Positions 14,577-24,487 of a stretch of DNA of 26,088 nucleotides are shown here, in pieces. Each line of letters opens with the position of its first letter. Positions within the stretch are counted from its first letter, which is position 1. Location: positions 1-26,088 of the forward strand of contig DASVTU010000020.1 of assembly GCA_036387415.1 (NCBI GenBank), written 5' to 3'. The DNA comes from Pyrinomonadaceae bacterium. Lineage in GTDB: Bacteria > Acidobacteriota > Blastocatellia > Pyrinomonadales > Pyrinomonadaceae. The notes below the pieces were generated by a model. It made no database searches. It was not told where the DNA came from and saw only the letters and a program-made list of their open reading frames with translations. The position numbers were made by a program, and so were the translations under genes.

Positions 14577-16751
14577 ATGCAAGGAATGTCTATCCCTCGT
14601 CAATGTCTCCGCACGCGTCGCGGCATCAATCTCATGGCGTTCGCGCTGCTGCTCTGCGCCCTTCCCTTCGCCCCTTCGTTTGATGAAACTCACGCACAAC
14701 AACGCGTCCAACGTCGCTTTAAACTCGACACGCGCCGCCCGCTCGCCACACGTCCGAAAGACTCCAACTTCAACGCACGCAAGGGCGGTTATGTACCGCT
14801 TCGGAGCAAGCGGACGCTTCCCACGCGCCCGTCAAGCACCGCCACGCCAAACGCCAACGACCGCAACAACGAACCCGTCCCGACCGATGCAAACGGCGTG
14901 AGCGACGCGAATCAGTCGAACCATACGCGTCGTCGTCCGTCGCCTGCACGCATCGGCGTACGCAGCAAAATAGATTCATCCGTCGATGAGAACAACGCGG
15001 TCAACGTGTCGGCGCTGCCGCTTATTCGACCGGGCACGCCGCTCAGCCGCATCCTCCACACCTCGCAGTTGAGCAACATTAGTTCGGACGGAAGCCACGA
15101 ACAGTATGTTGACCAGAACGGCAACCTCGAAGCCGACGAGCGCACAACCTTTGACGCGTTAACAGGCTCCTACGACATCGCCGTCGGTCGCTCCGGCTCG
15201 CGCTACGAAGTCTTTACCGCCATCGACGACCGTGGCACGGCCACGCCAATCGACGACATTCCCTTCGGCGTCCTCGTCGTCGCGCTCGACACCGACGGCA
15301 ACTACACGCGCGACGCTTCCAACACCTACGACCTCGACCTTGATTTCAGTCTGCCCTCTGCCGTCTCCGTCGTCTCCGGCACGTCGCGCGCGGGGCGCGA
15401 GTTCGTCATCGTCTCGTCAAGCAGCTACTACAATGCCGCCAATCCGAACGACCCCAACAACGAGCCTTCCGCCGGAGTCGTGCTGCTCGTCCGCGACCCA
15501 TCGACCGGCGGCTTCGACAACACGCGCTCACGCGAACTCGTACGCGTCGGCAGCAACCAACTCAACAACGCCAATGCCCTCGCGCTCCTGCCCAATAACG
15601 ACCTCTTGATTGCCGATTTCGATTCCAACGAACTCCGCATCGTCCGCGACACCAACGACGACCGCATCCCAGACACGCTCGACCCCGTTCCCTACTACGT
15701 CTATCAGTTCTCCAACGATGCGCCGCTCGACATCGCCGCCAATTCGCGCGGCGTCGTCTTCTCGCATTCCTACGGCAACGACGCCGTGCTGCTCGCCGTC
15801 TACGACGACAACGGCGACGGTCGCGCCGACGGCGACGAGGTTTGCGTCGAAGGTCTGTCGCTCGATAACAATTTGATTCTGCATGGTCTGACCGTTGACC
15901 GCGAAGGGACGGTCTACGTCATCGAAGATGCTTCGGGCGCGGCTGACACGACCTCCGACGGAGGCAACGGCGGCGACCCGCGTATCGACGCTTTTCCAGA
16001 CCCCGCCTTGAACGGCATCCTGCGCGACGGCTCCATCTTCGCCTTCGTTGACGACCCCGCCACGCAATCGCTCACAGGTCTCGCCTTCGGCGTCGATACC
16101 ACGTTCGGCGCGGTCGGACGACTCGCACTCGTCAACAGCGCGAGTCTGCGCTCGCCCGCCACGCGCGACGGCCTTGCGACGGTGACGGGAACCAACCTCA
16201 CGCTCGGTGCAAGCGGCGCGACGAGCGCGGATGCGGCGGCACGCGGCGTGCGCGTCCGCATCGAAGGTCGCAACGCACCCGTCCTTTCGTTCAGCAACAC
16301 GCAGATACACATTCACGTCCCCGACGATGTTCTGCTCAATGCCAATTCGGTCGTCGTCTCCGTCAACGGCGTCGTCACCGCCGCCGACGATGCGCGCATC
16401 GCCGACGCCAATCCCGGCATCTTCACCGTGTCGCAGAACGGCGCGGGCGAAGCGATTGCGCTGCTCGTCTCTGGCCAACGCTACACGCGCAGTCCCTTCC
16501 CCACGACGACCGACGGCCAACGCTCCGTCGTCGCACTATTCGGCACTGGCTGGCGCAAATCTCTGCCCGTCAATGTCAGCATCGGCGGGCGCGCGGCGAG
16601 CGTGGAGTACGCGGGTCGCTCCGGCGGCTTTTCCGGTCTAGACCAAATCAACGTCCGTATCCCCGACGGCGTGAGCGGCGCGGCATCCGTCGTCGTCACG
16701 ACCGCCGACGGCGCGACGAGCCGCAACGATGTAGTTATCACTATTCAATGA
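14577..16751 (+). CDS. large secreted protein ending in an IPT/TIG-like domain plus an Acidobacteria-type C-terminal domain (TIGR03437-like); the start may instead be ATG 14586
   Basis: Signal peptide MAFALLLCALPFAPSF. C-terminus ...NPGIFTVSQNGAGEAIALL...ALFGTGW...VNVSIGGRAASVEYAGRSGGFSGLDQINVRIPDGVSGAASVVVTTADG matches the recalled consensus of the Solibacter-type C-terminal domain (PGIFT ... YAGxxPGxxGLxQVNVxxP). Confidence 0.8.
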   Translation: MQGMSIPRQCLRTRRGINLMAFALLLCALPFAPSFDETHAQQRVQRRFKLDTRRPLATRPKDSNFNARKGGYVPLRSKRTLPTRPSSTATPNANDRNNEPVPTDANGVSDANQSNHTRRRPSPARIGVRSKIDSSVDENNAVNVSALPLIRPGTPLSRILHTSQLSNISSDGSHEQYVDQNGNLEADERTTFDALTGSYDIAVGRSGSRYEVFTAIDDRGTATPIDDIPFGVLVVALDTDGNYTRDASNTYDLDLDFSLPSAVSVVSGTSRAGREFVIVSSSSYYNAANPNDPNNEPSAGVVLLVRDPSTGGFDNTRSRELVRVGSNQLNNANALALLPNNDLLIADFDSNELRIVRDTNDDRIPDTLDPVPYYVYQFSNDAPLDIAANSRGVVFSHSYGNDAVLLAVYDDNGDGRADGDEVCVEGLSLDNNLILHGLTVDREGTVYVIEDASGAADTTSDGGNGGDPRIDAFPDPALNGILRDGSIFAFVDDPATQSLTGLAFGVDTTFGAVGRLALVNSASLRSPATRDGLATVTGTNLTLGASGATSADAAARGVRVRIEGRNAPVLSFSNTQIHIHVPDDVLLNANSVVVSVNGVVTAADDARIADANPGIFTVSQNGAGEAIALLVSGQRYTRSPFPTTTDGQRSVVALFGTGWRKSLPVNVSIGGRAASVEYAGRSGGFSGLDQINVRIPDGVSGAASVVVTTADGATSRNDVVITIQ

Positions 16752-16796
16752 TGCGACTCGCCAACGAGAGGCAAACCATGAGACGAATCGTGCGTA

Positions 16797-17912
16797 TCAA
16801 GCGACGCCTGCGGCGGTTTCGGCGACGATGAGATCGACGACATCCTCCAACCTCCCATTGCGCCTGTGTGCCTCGCGTTGTCGCGCCGCGCCCGTGCCGC
16901 GTTCGACCGTCTGCCTGACGAGCGCGGAGATTTCGTCCCATTCACCATCTTCCTCAAGCGCCGGTCGCACGAAGTCCAACAACTTCTCCACCAACTCGCG
17001 CGCCGGAATCGCCGCTCCCGCTTCTACATCAATCAACACGGCATCGAGTCCGTAGCGCGCAGCGCGCCATTTCGCCGCACGCAGCAGTTCGGGGCGCGAG
17101 TGTTTGAAAGGCTCATTGCGCGACGCCTTCGCGTAACATGTCCGCGCCAGTCCACGCGCGAGTCCCGCCGTCATCACGGCTTCGTCAATCGTCATGCACA
17201 CGTCGGTCACGCGAAATTCCAACGTCTCGAAACGCGCCGAAGGACGCACGTCCCAGTAGATTTTCGTCCCGTCCTCGACGCTCCCCGTCCTGACCAGACA
17301 CTCGACGAGGCGGTCGTATTCCTCGCGCGAGGCAAACGGATGCGGCGTGCCCGCCATCGGCCAACGCCGCCAGATTTCCGTCCGAAAACTCGTATAACCC
17401 GTATCGACGCCTAACCAGAAAGGCGAATTCGACGCGAGCGCCAGCATCGGCGCAAGCCACCCGCGCGCACGATTCATCACACTGATGGCGGCCTCGCGGT
17501 CGTTGATGCCGATGTGGACGTGGCAACCGAAAATGAGTTGTTCGCGTGCCAGTTGCGCGTAGTCCTCTGCGATGCCCAGGTAACGCTCTTTGGGCGTCAA
17601 GGTCTGTTCATCCCAATGCGAAAACGGATGCGTGCCGGCGGCGGCGATGCGGCTGCCGTCCCGCTCAGCCGCCGCGATGACCTCGCCCCGCAGACGCTTC
17701 AACTCGGCGCGCACCTCGGCAATCGAATTACAAATCGGAGTCCCGATTTCAATCTGCGACAGATAAAGCTCCGGCTGCACTTCGTCGCCCACTTCCGCCT
17801 GCGCCTTACGCAAAATACTCGCCCCGCGTGAACGCAGTTCGCGCGTCTCAGGATGAATAATTTGGTATTCCTCCTCGACTCCAATCGTGAACAACTCTTT
17901 ATCTTGAGACAT
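16797..17912 (-). CDS. ybdK: YbdK-type carboxylate-amine ligase (glutamate-cysteine ligase family 2); start ATG 17912 (MSQDKELFTIGVEEEYQI)
   Basis: N-terminal FTIGVEEE motif and overall GCS2-family architecture. A gggaagga RBS lies ~10 nt upstream of ATG 17912. The track start 18071 is an over-extension. Confidence 0.85.
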   Translation of the reverse strand: MSQDKELFTIGVEEEYQIIHPETRELRSRGASILRKAQAEVGDEVQPELYLSQIEIGTPICNSIAEVRAELKRLRGEVIAAAERDGSRIAAAGTHPFSHWDEQTLTPKERYLGIAEDYAQLAREQLIFGCHVHIGINDREAAISVMNRARGWLAPMLALASNSPFWLGVDTGYTSFRTEIWRRWPMAGTPHPFASREEYDRLVECLVRTGSVEDGTKIYWDVRPSARFETLEFRVTDVCMTIDEAVMTAGLARGLARTCYAKASRNEPFKHSRPELLRAAKWRAARYGLDAVLIDVEAGAAIPARELVEKLLDFVRPALEEDGEWDEISALVRQTVERGTGAARQREAHRRNGRLEDVVDLIVAETAAGVA

Positions 17913-18116
17913 CAGAGACAGTCCTTCCCTCTTGTTTACTTTCAAACCCTCGGACAGATAATCTATCTTCAACTTTTGATTTGAATCTCTCGCGGAGAGT
18001 TTAGCAACATGTCCTGTCATGTGACCAATGACCAGCACCACGCACGTCAACATTTGGCGCTGTGCAACCATCTACCGCATCCGTCGCTCTGAAATCTCAA
18101 CGCTTCTAAAATTCAC

Positions 18117-19238
18117 ATGGAACTATCCGAACTCAAAACCCCATCGCTTGTGCTCGACATCGAACGCGTCGGACGCAACGCCGAACGCATGGCCTCGCGC
18201 GTCAGGGAGTTGGGCGCGCGATTGCGCCCTCACGTCAAGACGCACAAATGCATCGAAGTGGCACGTCTGCAAACAGCCAAGCACTCCGGTGCCATCACTG
18301 TCTCGACGCTGGCCGAGGCGCGTGCATTCGCCGCGCATAGCTTCACAGACATCATGTATGCCGTTCCCATCGAACCCGGCAAGTTTGCCGAAGCGTTCGA
18401 GATTGCGAGGAATTGCGAACGCCTTTTTCTCATCACGGACGATGTGGAGATTCCCGCTCTATTAGACGCGGCGGCGCGACGTGCGGGCGCGTCGGTCAAT
18501 CTTTTGATGAAGGTAGACTGCGGTTATCACCGTTGCGGCGTCGAACCCGACATGCCGGAAGCCTTCGAGATTCCACAACGGATTACGGATGCCGCCCACC
18601 TGCGTTTCGCCGGAATCCTCACGCACGCGGGTCATTCCTATCATTGCCGCACCAGAGAAGAACTGCTCGCGATGGCGCGGCATGAGCGCGATTTGATGAC
18701 CGACTTCGCCACCGAACTCCGCGCACGCGGCATCGAAGTGCCTTCCGTCAGTATCGGCTCGACGCCCACCACAACGCACGTTGACCACCTTGCAGGCGTC
18801 GATGAAGTTCGCCCCGGCAACTACATCTTCTTCGACGCCTTTCAAGCGACGCTCGGCAGTTGCAGCTTCGACGATTGCGCGTTGACGGTGCTCGCATCGG
18901 TTACCCACCGCGACCGCACGCGCCGCAAAGTGGTCATCGACGCAGGGGCGATTGCGCTCTCGAAAGACCGTGGCGCGGTCGAGTTCGACGCGTCGTGTGG
19001 TTACGGTCGCGTGCAGACGCTCGATGGGCGCGAGACGGGTTTGCGCGTCGAATCGCTTTCGCAGGAACACGGCGCGATTCCAGTGTCAGACGAAGCGACG
19101 TTCGACAGTTTGCGCGTCGGGACGCGTCTGCGCGTGCTGGCGAACCACTCATGCCTCACCGCCGCGCAGCATTCGCACTACCACGTGCTTGAAGGCCGGA
19201 ACGTGGTCGATAGATGGGAAATTCAGCGTGGATGGTAG
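18117..19238 (+). CDS. DSD1-family PLP-dependent enzyme (alanine-racemase-like N-domain; D-serine deaminase / D-threonine aldolase-like)
   Basis: PLP-lysine motif LRPHVKTHKC near the N-terminus. Overall length and C-terminal region fit D-serine-dehydratase-like proteins. No obvious SD before ATG 18117. Confidence 0.8.
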   Translation: MELSELKTPSLVLDIERVGRNAERMASRVRELGARLRPHVKTHKCIEVARLQTAKHSGAITVSTLAEARAFAAHSFTDIMYAVPIEPGKFAEAFEIARNCERLFLITDDVEIPALLDAAARRAGASVNLLMKVDCGYHRCGVEPDMPEAFEIPQRITDAAHLRFAGILTHAGHSYHCRTREELLAMARHERDLMTDFATELRARGIEVPSVSIGSTPTTTHVDHLAGVDEVRPGNYIFFDAFQATLGSCSFDDCALTVLASVTHRDRTRRKVVIDAGAIALSKDRGAVEFDASCGYGRVQTLDGRETGLRVESLSQEHGAIPVSDEATFDSLRVGTRLRVLANHSCLTAAQHSHYHVLEGRNVVDRWEIQRGW

Positions 19239-19312
19239 ACGGCGAAACGCGTGAGGGCTATCAAATCTCGCGACACAATGATTTCATCCGAAGGAGGCGA
19301 GCAAGGGACACG

Positions 19313-19945
19313 ATGAATCTCAAACACCTCAACGAAATGAGCGCATTCGATGCGGAAGCGGACGACATAAACGTCATCATCGAAACTCCGCAGGGCAGCC
19401 GCAACAAATTTGATTATGACGAGGAGCAAGGACTCTTTCGGCTCGGCGGCGTGCTTCCGGCGGGCGCGAGTTTTCCGTTCGACTTCGGCTTCGTGCCCTC
19501 CACGCTCGGCGGCGACGGCGACCCGCTCGACGTGCTTGTACTCATGGATGAATCCGCCTTCACGGGTTGTCTCGTCGTCGTCCGTCTGCTCGGCGTCATC
19601 GAAGCCGAACAGACAGAGAGAGACGGCGAAACCATGCGTAATGACCGACTCATCGGCGTCGCATCCGAATCACGCACGCACCGCGACACGCGCTCGCTCG
19701 ACGCTCTACCGGAAACACTTCTCGAAGAAATCGAGCATTTCTTCGTCTCCTACAACGAGATGAAGGGTAAGGAGTTCAAAGTTCTCGGACGCTTCGGCGC
19801 GGCGCGTGCGCGCAAACTCGTCGAAGAAGGCGTCGCGATGTTTCATGAAAAACATCGCGCACGCAGCAGCAAGAAGGCCGTCAAGCAGAGCACGAAGTCG
19901 AATAAGCAGAGCGCGAAGGGGCGAGCAAAGAAGTCGAAAAAATGA
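19313..19945 (+). CDS. ppa: family I inorganic pyrophosphatase with a ~35-aa Lys-rich C-terminal extension
   Basis: Motifs NVIIETPQGSRNKFDYDEE and DGDPLDVLVLM. An aaggagg RBS lies upstream of ATG 19313. The track start 19214 is over-extended. Confidence 0.9.
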   Translation: MNLKHLNEMSAFDAEADDINVIIETPQGSRNKFDYDEEQGLFRLGGVLPAGASFPFDFGFVPSTLGGDGDPLDVLVLMDESAFTGCLVVVRLLGVIEAEQTERDGETMRNDRLIGVASESRTHRDTRSLDALPETLLEEIEHFFVSYNEMKGKEFKVLGRFGAARARKLVEEGVAMFHEKHRARSSKKAVKQSTKSNKQSAKGRAKKSKK

Positions 19946-19964
19946 TTTCCGCGCAGTTTTGTGT

Positions 19965-20531
19965 TTATGATTTCGACGTTTGCGTCGTGTGCTCTTGCAG
20001 CATGTTGCAGAAGAGTGCGCCCTGCGAGATGGCATCGTCGAGCGCCTTGTGTGTGTAGGGGAGTTCGTCGAACCAGCGTTTCGGCATGTTGCGTTTGACC
20101 GTTTCGACGAAGTTAATCTTGAGCATCGACATCGCGAAGGTCTTGATGTCGAGCGCCGACCATCCGAAAGGATTCTCACCTGCGAAGCGGTTGAGATACC
20201 AACTAACGAACATGAAATCGAACGCTGCCGGATAACCGACAAACACCGGCTCGCCCGGCAACGCCTTGAGCCATGCCGCATACTCTCGCATGACCTCCGT
20301 CGGCGGTCGTGGATTTTCGCGCGCCGCTTGCCATGCTTCCGGCTGCGTCTCCCACCATCTCATCGTTTCGGGATGCGCTTCGGCTTCCGGCAGGGTTTCG
20401 AGGTTGGCTGTGAAAGTGCTGACAATCGTCTTGTCAGCGAGAAAGGCGGCAGAGCCGAGGCTGAGCATCGAATGCGGCCCCGGTATCCGCCCGTCCGTCT
20501 CCACATCCGTGCTGACATAAATTTCCGCCAT
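19965..20531 (-). CDS. DEDDh-type 3'-5' exonuclease (DnaQ/RNase T superfamily); start ATG 20531
   Basis: Exo I motif VSTDVETDG and Exo III motif [10 protein letters not shown] gggagga RBS lies 7 nt upstream of ATG 20531. Confidence 0.8.
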   Translation of the reverse strand: MAEIYVSTDVETDGRIPGPHSMLSLGSAAFLADKTIVSTFTANLETLPEAEAHPETMRWWETQPEAWQAARENPRPPTEVMREYAAWLKALPGEPVFVGYPAAFDFMFVSWYLNRFAGENPFGWSALDIKTFAMSMLKINFVETVKRNMPKRWFDELPYTHKALDDAISQGALFCNMLQEHTTQTSKS

Positions 20532-20758
20532 CCGTCGTCCTCCCTGCCTCTCGTTTGTTTTCGATTTACACGCGCTCACAATAACACACGCCCGTCGCTT
20601 TATTCATTTCGACCAAACGAGCCACGCGCCTTTTTAACGACGCCGAAACATCTCTCTTGCCGCGTGTGAGGTGGCGCATCGGCGCGTCGTTTAGCGTTCA
20701 ACTTCGAGTCGCTTTCGCTTGCATCTCCTGTTCGATTGAGGCATCATTATGTTGATTT

Positions 20759-20791
<33 letters not shown>

Positions 20792-20973
20792 GTGCCTTGA
20801 AATTCTAGCGGCGGCGTTTGGATGAGTTCGAGAGCAGGCCGAGTTAACAATTTGTAGAAGCGGCTCTTTGGTTTGAGTCTCCGAACGCGCGACTTCGCTG
20901 CCACCGTTACGACGAAGCCCACAACATTCGCAGCTTCTCTTTAACTTCCCAAGCACGGAGAAAAGGACGACTT

Positions 20974-21336
20974 ATGAGCATGAAACTTTACGTCGGCGAC
21001 CTCTCTTTCAAGGTTTCCAGCGACGACCTCCAACAGCTTTTCTCACAGGTCGGGACGGTCGAATCCGCCTCGGTCATCGAAGACCGCGAGACGGGACGTT
21101 CGCGTGGCTTCGGGTTTGTCGAGATGGCGAGCAACGAAGAAGGACAGGCGGCAATCGAACAGCTTAACGGTAAAGAGTTTCAAGGTCGCGCCATCACTGT
21201 GAACGAAGCGCGCCCGCGCGAAGACCGTGGCGGACGCGGTGGCGGCGGTGGTCGTGGCGGCGGTTACGGTGGTAATCGCGGCGGCGGTGGTGGTGGACGA
21301 GGCGGTGGCTACGGCGGCGGTGGTGGCGACCGCTAG
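20974..21336 (+). CDS. glycine-rich RRM-type RNA-binding protein
   Basis: RNP2 motif KLYVGDL and RNP1 motif RGFGFVEM. C-terminal RGG/GYGG repeats. An aagga RBS lies 9 nt upstream of the ATG. Confidence 0.9.
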   Translation: MSMKLYVGDLSFKVSSDDLQQLFSQVGTVESASVIEDRETGRSRGFGFVEMASNEEGQAAIEQLNGKEFQGRAITVNEARPREDRGGRGGGGGRGGGYGGNRGGGGGGRGGGYGGGGGDR

Positions 21337-21406
21337 CGGCGCTAGTAAGTTTTCCGACGGCTCGAAGGTTTGTCGGTGCGAGCCGCATCAAATTTTGCAT
21401 TGAAGC

Positions 21407-21447
21407 GCCCCCGGCAAAAGACGTGCTGCCGGGGGTGTTGTTTGTCG
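21407..21447 (+). terminator. rho-independent terminator after the RNA-binding protein gene
   Basis: G/C stem gcccccggca / tgccgggggt with a 10-nt loop, followed by tgttgtttgtcg. Confidence 0.6.
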
Positions 21448-21536
21448 AAAAAGCGGACATCAAGCGTTGTCCGCCGGAGGCGTCCGGCACGACGAGAGGC
21501 CGGGTGCGTGGATGGAATTTAACAGAGGAGATAAAT

Positions 21537-21758
21537 TTGGCTAAAGAAGATTTGATACCCGCCGAAGGCGTGATTGTCGATAAGCTACCGAATGCGTTTT
21601 TCAAAGTACGGCTCGACGGCAGCGAGCATGTCGTGCTCGCACAGATTTCCGGCAAGATGCGTAAAAACTTTATCCGTATTCTGCCCGGCGACCGTGTTTC
21701 CGTCGAACTCTCGCCCTACGACCTGACCCGTGGGCGCATCACATATCGTTACAAGTAA
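21537..21758 (+). CDS. infA: translation initiation factor IF-1 with TTG start; track ORF 21423.. runs through the upstream terminator and is over-extended
   Basis: (M)[72 protein letters not shown] is near-canonical IF-1. A gaggag RBS lies 6 nt before TTG 21537. Confidence 0.88.
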   Translation: MAKEDLIPAEGVIVDKLPNAFFKVRLDGSEHVVLAQISGKMRKNFIRILPGDRVSVELSPYDLTRGRITYRYK

Positions 21759-22096
21759 CACGCTCTCCTTGTCCTGCTTGACGCGTCGGCAGGACTATCT
21801 CGCGCGCACGAAGCCGTTGCTTCGCGCGATGAGGTAGGGCTGTGCGATTAATTCTCTTTTTGACACGACCGTCGCTGAACGGGGGTGATGTCTAATTACG
21901 TTTCTTGTTGAATCACATTAAAGCTCGATGCGCGCGGTCTTGTCTGTGACGGAAGTCATGCGTGCTTGCCAGAACGTCGGCGTTGCTGGCAGAATGTCTG
22001 TTCGGATTCGGGCGCAGACGCCAATCCGTATCGCCGGACAGGACAGTGCATACGTTAAAATTATTGAATGATTGAGATTTGAACGGAGAGAAAGAA

Positions 22097-22303
22097 ATGG
22101 CAACTGTGTCAGTTAATCAAGGTGAATCAATCGAGAGTGCTCTGCGCCGTTTCAAGCGCAAAGTGATGTCGGAAGAAATCATCAAGGACGCGAAGAAGCA
22201 TGCCTTCTTCATGTCGCGCGGTCAGAAGGCCAAACTCAAATCGGCGTTGGCGCGCAAACGCAACAAGAGAAAATCGCGTCCGCCCCATCGCCATAACGGA
22301 TAA
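22097..22303 (+). CDS. rpsU: 30S ribosomal protein S21
   Basis: MATVSVNQGESIESALRRFKRKV... with a basic C-terminus. A ggagag RBS precedes ATG 22097. Confidence 0.88.
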   Translation: MATVSVNQGESIESALRRFKRKVMSEEIIKDAKKHAFFMSRGQKAKLKSALARKRNKRKSRPPHRHNG

Positions 22304-22330
22304 GCCACGCTCTTTCCTGAGCCTCAGACG

Positions 22331-22381
22331 AAACGCGAAGGTCGCTGCTGACATACAGCGACCTTCGCGTTTTTCTTTTTA
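22331..22381. terminator. strong bidirectional intrinsic terminator between the convergent rpsU and S9 peptidase genes
   Basis: Perfect 16-bp stem aacgcgaaggtcgctg / cagcgaccttcgcgtt with an 8-nt loop, followed by ttttcttttt on the plus strand. Confidence 0.75.
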
Positions 22382-24406
22382 CTTCTCAAGGTTTTCGATG
22401 TGGACAGGCTCAACCGCATCGGCCAACTCGAAACCGAAAACCTTTGAATAAAAATAGAGTTCGCCGTCGAGCGCGCGTTTGATATTTTCGGCGCGACGAA
22501 AGCCGTGCTGTTCGCCCTCGAACGGGACGTAAGCGACGGGCAAGCCTTTCGCACGCAACGCATCCACCATCATCTCGGCCTGATTCGGCGGCACCACTTC
22601 GTCTTCCAATCCCTGAAAAAAGATGACCGGACAGGCAAGTCGGTCGGTGAAATTAATCGGCGCGCGTGCTTCGTAGAGGTCTGCACGTTCAGGGTAGGGG
22701 CCGATGAGACGGTCGAGATAACGCGACTCGAATTTGTGCGTCTCTCTGGCGAGCGCGGCGAGGTCGCTGACGCCGTAGTGGCTTGCTCCGGCCTTGAAGA
22801 AATCGCGGAAGGTGAGCGCGCCGAGCACCGTGTAGCCTCCGGCGCTGCCGCCCGTGATAGCGCAACGCTCGCCGTCCACTTCGCCGCGCGCCGCGAGGAA
22901 GCGTGCGCCGTTGACGCAATCGTCGATGTCTACGATGCCCCAGCGACCGTCGAGACGTTGGCGGTAGGCGCGACCGTAGCCCGTGCTTCCGCCGTAGTTC
23001 ACGTCGAGCACGGCGATGCCGCGACTCGTCCAGTATTGAATCTCAAGACGAAGCGTGGTTGAAGCGGCAGAGGTCGGGCCGCCGTGACATTTAACGAGAA
23101 GCGGCGGGCGCTCGCCTTCGGTCGCGACGAAATCGCGGTTACGCGGACGATAGAAGATGGCGTGCGCCGTCAGCCCGTCTTCGGTTGGATACTCAATTGG
23201 CTCCGGCGTCGAAAGATATTCGGCATCGACTTCGGTGCTGGCAGAATGGCGCAGCGTCGTTAGTTCACGCGTCGCGAGATTGAATTCGACCACCGTCGCT
23301 TTTTGCGTCGGCGAGCCACCGATGAAAAACGCGCGTTCGCCGTCGGCGAGTATGGAACCGAACTCGGTATATGGAATCTCAATGGTTTCGAGTTTGAGCG
23401 TCGTCGTGTCGAGGCTCGCGAGTCGCCATGTGCCGCGCTCGCCGTAGGTGCAGATGATTCGTTCAGGCGAAGCGAAGGCATACGTCACCGTTCCAAACAC
23501 CCACTGCGGCAGACCGAACTCCGCCGCCATCTCACACAAAGGCTCAGCAGCAAGCGTCTCATCCTCTCGCTCGAACGACATCGACGCGTCACCGCCGATG
23601 CGGTAAAGATTCCACCAGCCGCTTCGGTCGGAGACGAAATATAGTTGACCGTCGGGCGACCATTCGGGCTGAAAGATTGACTCGTCAACTCCGCCCGCCA
23701 CCTTACGCTTCCGTCTGAGCGAACCATCCTCTGCCAACTCTCCAACCCACAACTCGCAACCATCCCACGGCATGTTCGGATGATTCCACGCGAGCCACGC
23801 CAGCAACTTCCCATCTGGACTGATGCGCGGCGACGAATAAAAATCATGCCCCTCGACGAGCACATCTCCCGGCTCCCCGTCCTGCGCGCTCTCGCCAGCA
23901 TTCCTGTCAACATCCTTCTCCGCGTTATCTCTGACACGGACGCTGACGATGGTGGTGACGGCTTCGCGTCCGGCCTCCGTGTGGTCTTCGCGCACGGCGA
24001 CGAGGCGGCGTCGGCGCGCGTCGTAGACGTAATCGGCGTAACGCAAATCGACGGGAGGCGTCAGTGGTCGCGGCGCGGCGTCGTCGGCGTGCGACGTTTG
24101 ATAGAGTCGATGGTCTGCGAAGTTTGAAAAGTAGACGACGCCTCCGGCGATCGTGTACGCGCCGCCGCCGTATTCGTGGACGCGCGTGCGCGCGTTGAAT
24201 CCCGCTGGAGTCATATCGTAGACGGAGCTGTCGGGCGTCCGCCGCACGATGCAGACGCGTCCGCCTTCCGAGGGGCGCAGCTCCGACCAGTAAATGTCTT
24301 CGCCGTCGAGTGCGATGCGTCCAAGCCCGACCGTCCCCGTGACAATCACATCGGAAGTAATCGGCGATTTCCAGGAGCCGTAAGGCGCGACGCGCGTTTG
24401 GTTCAT
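22379..24406 (-). CDS. S9 family serine peptidase (prolyl oligopeptidase / acylaminoacyl-peptidase type) with an N-terminal beta-propeller
   Basis: Nucleophile elbow GGSAGG in a C-terminal alpha/beta-hydrolase domain (...[13 protein letters not shown]..., ...GEQHGF...). A gaggagag RBS precedes ATG 24406. Confidence 0.9.
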   Translation of the reverse strand: MNQTRVAPYGSWKSPITSDVIVTGTVGLGRIALDGEDIYWSELRPSEGGRVCIVRRTPDSSVYDMTPAGFNARTRVHEYGGGAYTIAGGVVYFSNFADHRLYQTSHADDAAPRPLTPPVDLRYADYVYDARRRRLVAVREDHTEAGREAVTTIVSVRVRDNAEKDVDRNAGESAQDGEPGDVLVEGHDFYSSPRISPDGKLLAWLAWNHPNMPWDGCELWVGELAEDGSLRRKRKVAGGVDESIFQPEWSPDGQLYFVSDRSGWWNLYRIGGDASMSFEREDETLAAEPLCEMAAEFGLPQWVFGTVTYAFASPERIICTYGERGTWRLASLDTTTLKLETIEIPYTEFGSILADGERAFFIGGSPTQKATVVEFNLATRELTTLRHSASTEVDAEYLSTPEPIEYPTEDGLTAHAIFYRPRNRDFVATEGERPPLLVKCHGGPTSAASTTLRLEIQYWTSRGIAVLDVNYGGSTGYGRAYRQRLDGRWGIVDIDDCVNGARFLAARGEVDGERCAITGGSAGGYTVLGALTFRDFFKAGASHYGVSDLAALARETHKFESRYLDRLIGPYPERADLYEARAPINFTDRLACPVIFFQGLEDEVVPPNQAEMMVDALRAKGLPVAYVPFEGEQHGFRRAENIKRALDGELYFYSKVFGFELADAVEPVHIENLEK

Positions 24407-24487
24407 ACAGTGTCTCTCCTCATCCCCGTCGCTCTTTCGCGCGACGTTTCAAGATTGCTGATTTGTAAAGTTATTTGACGGATGCGT

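Noticed and set aside
15528-16520. 330-aa minus-strand ORF plus other shadow ORFs inside 14577..16751
   Set aside because: Antisense to the secreted protein whose C-terminal domain is recognisable, with no features of their own.
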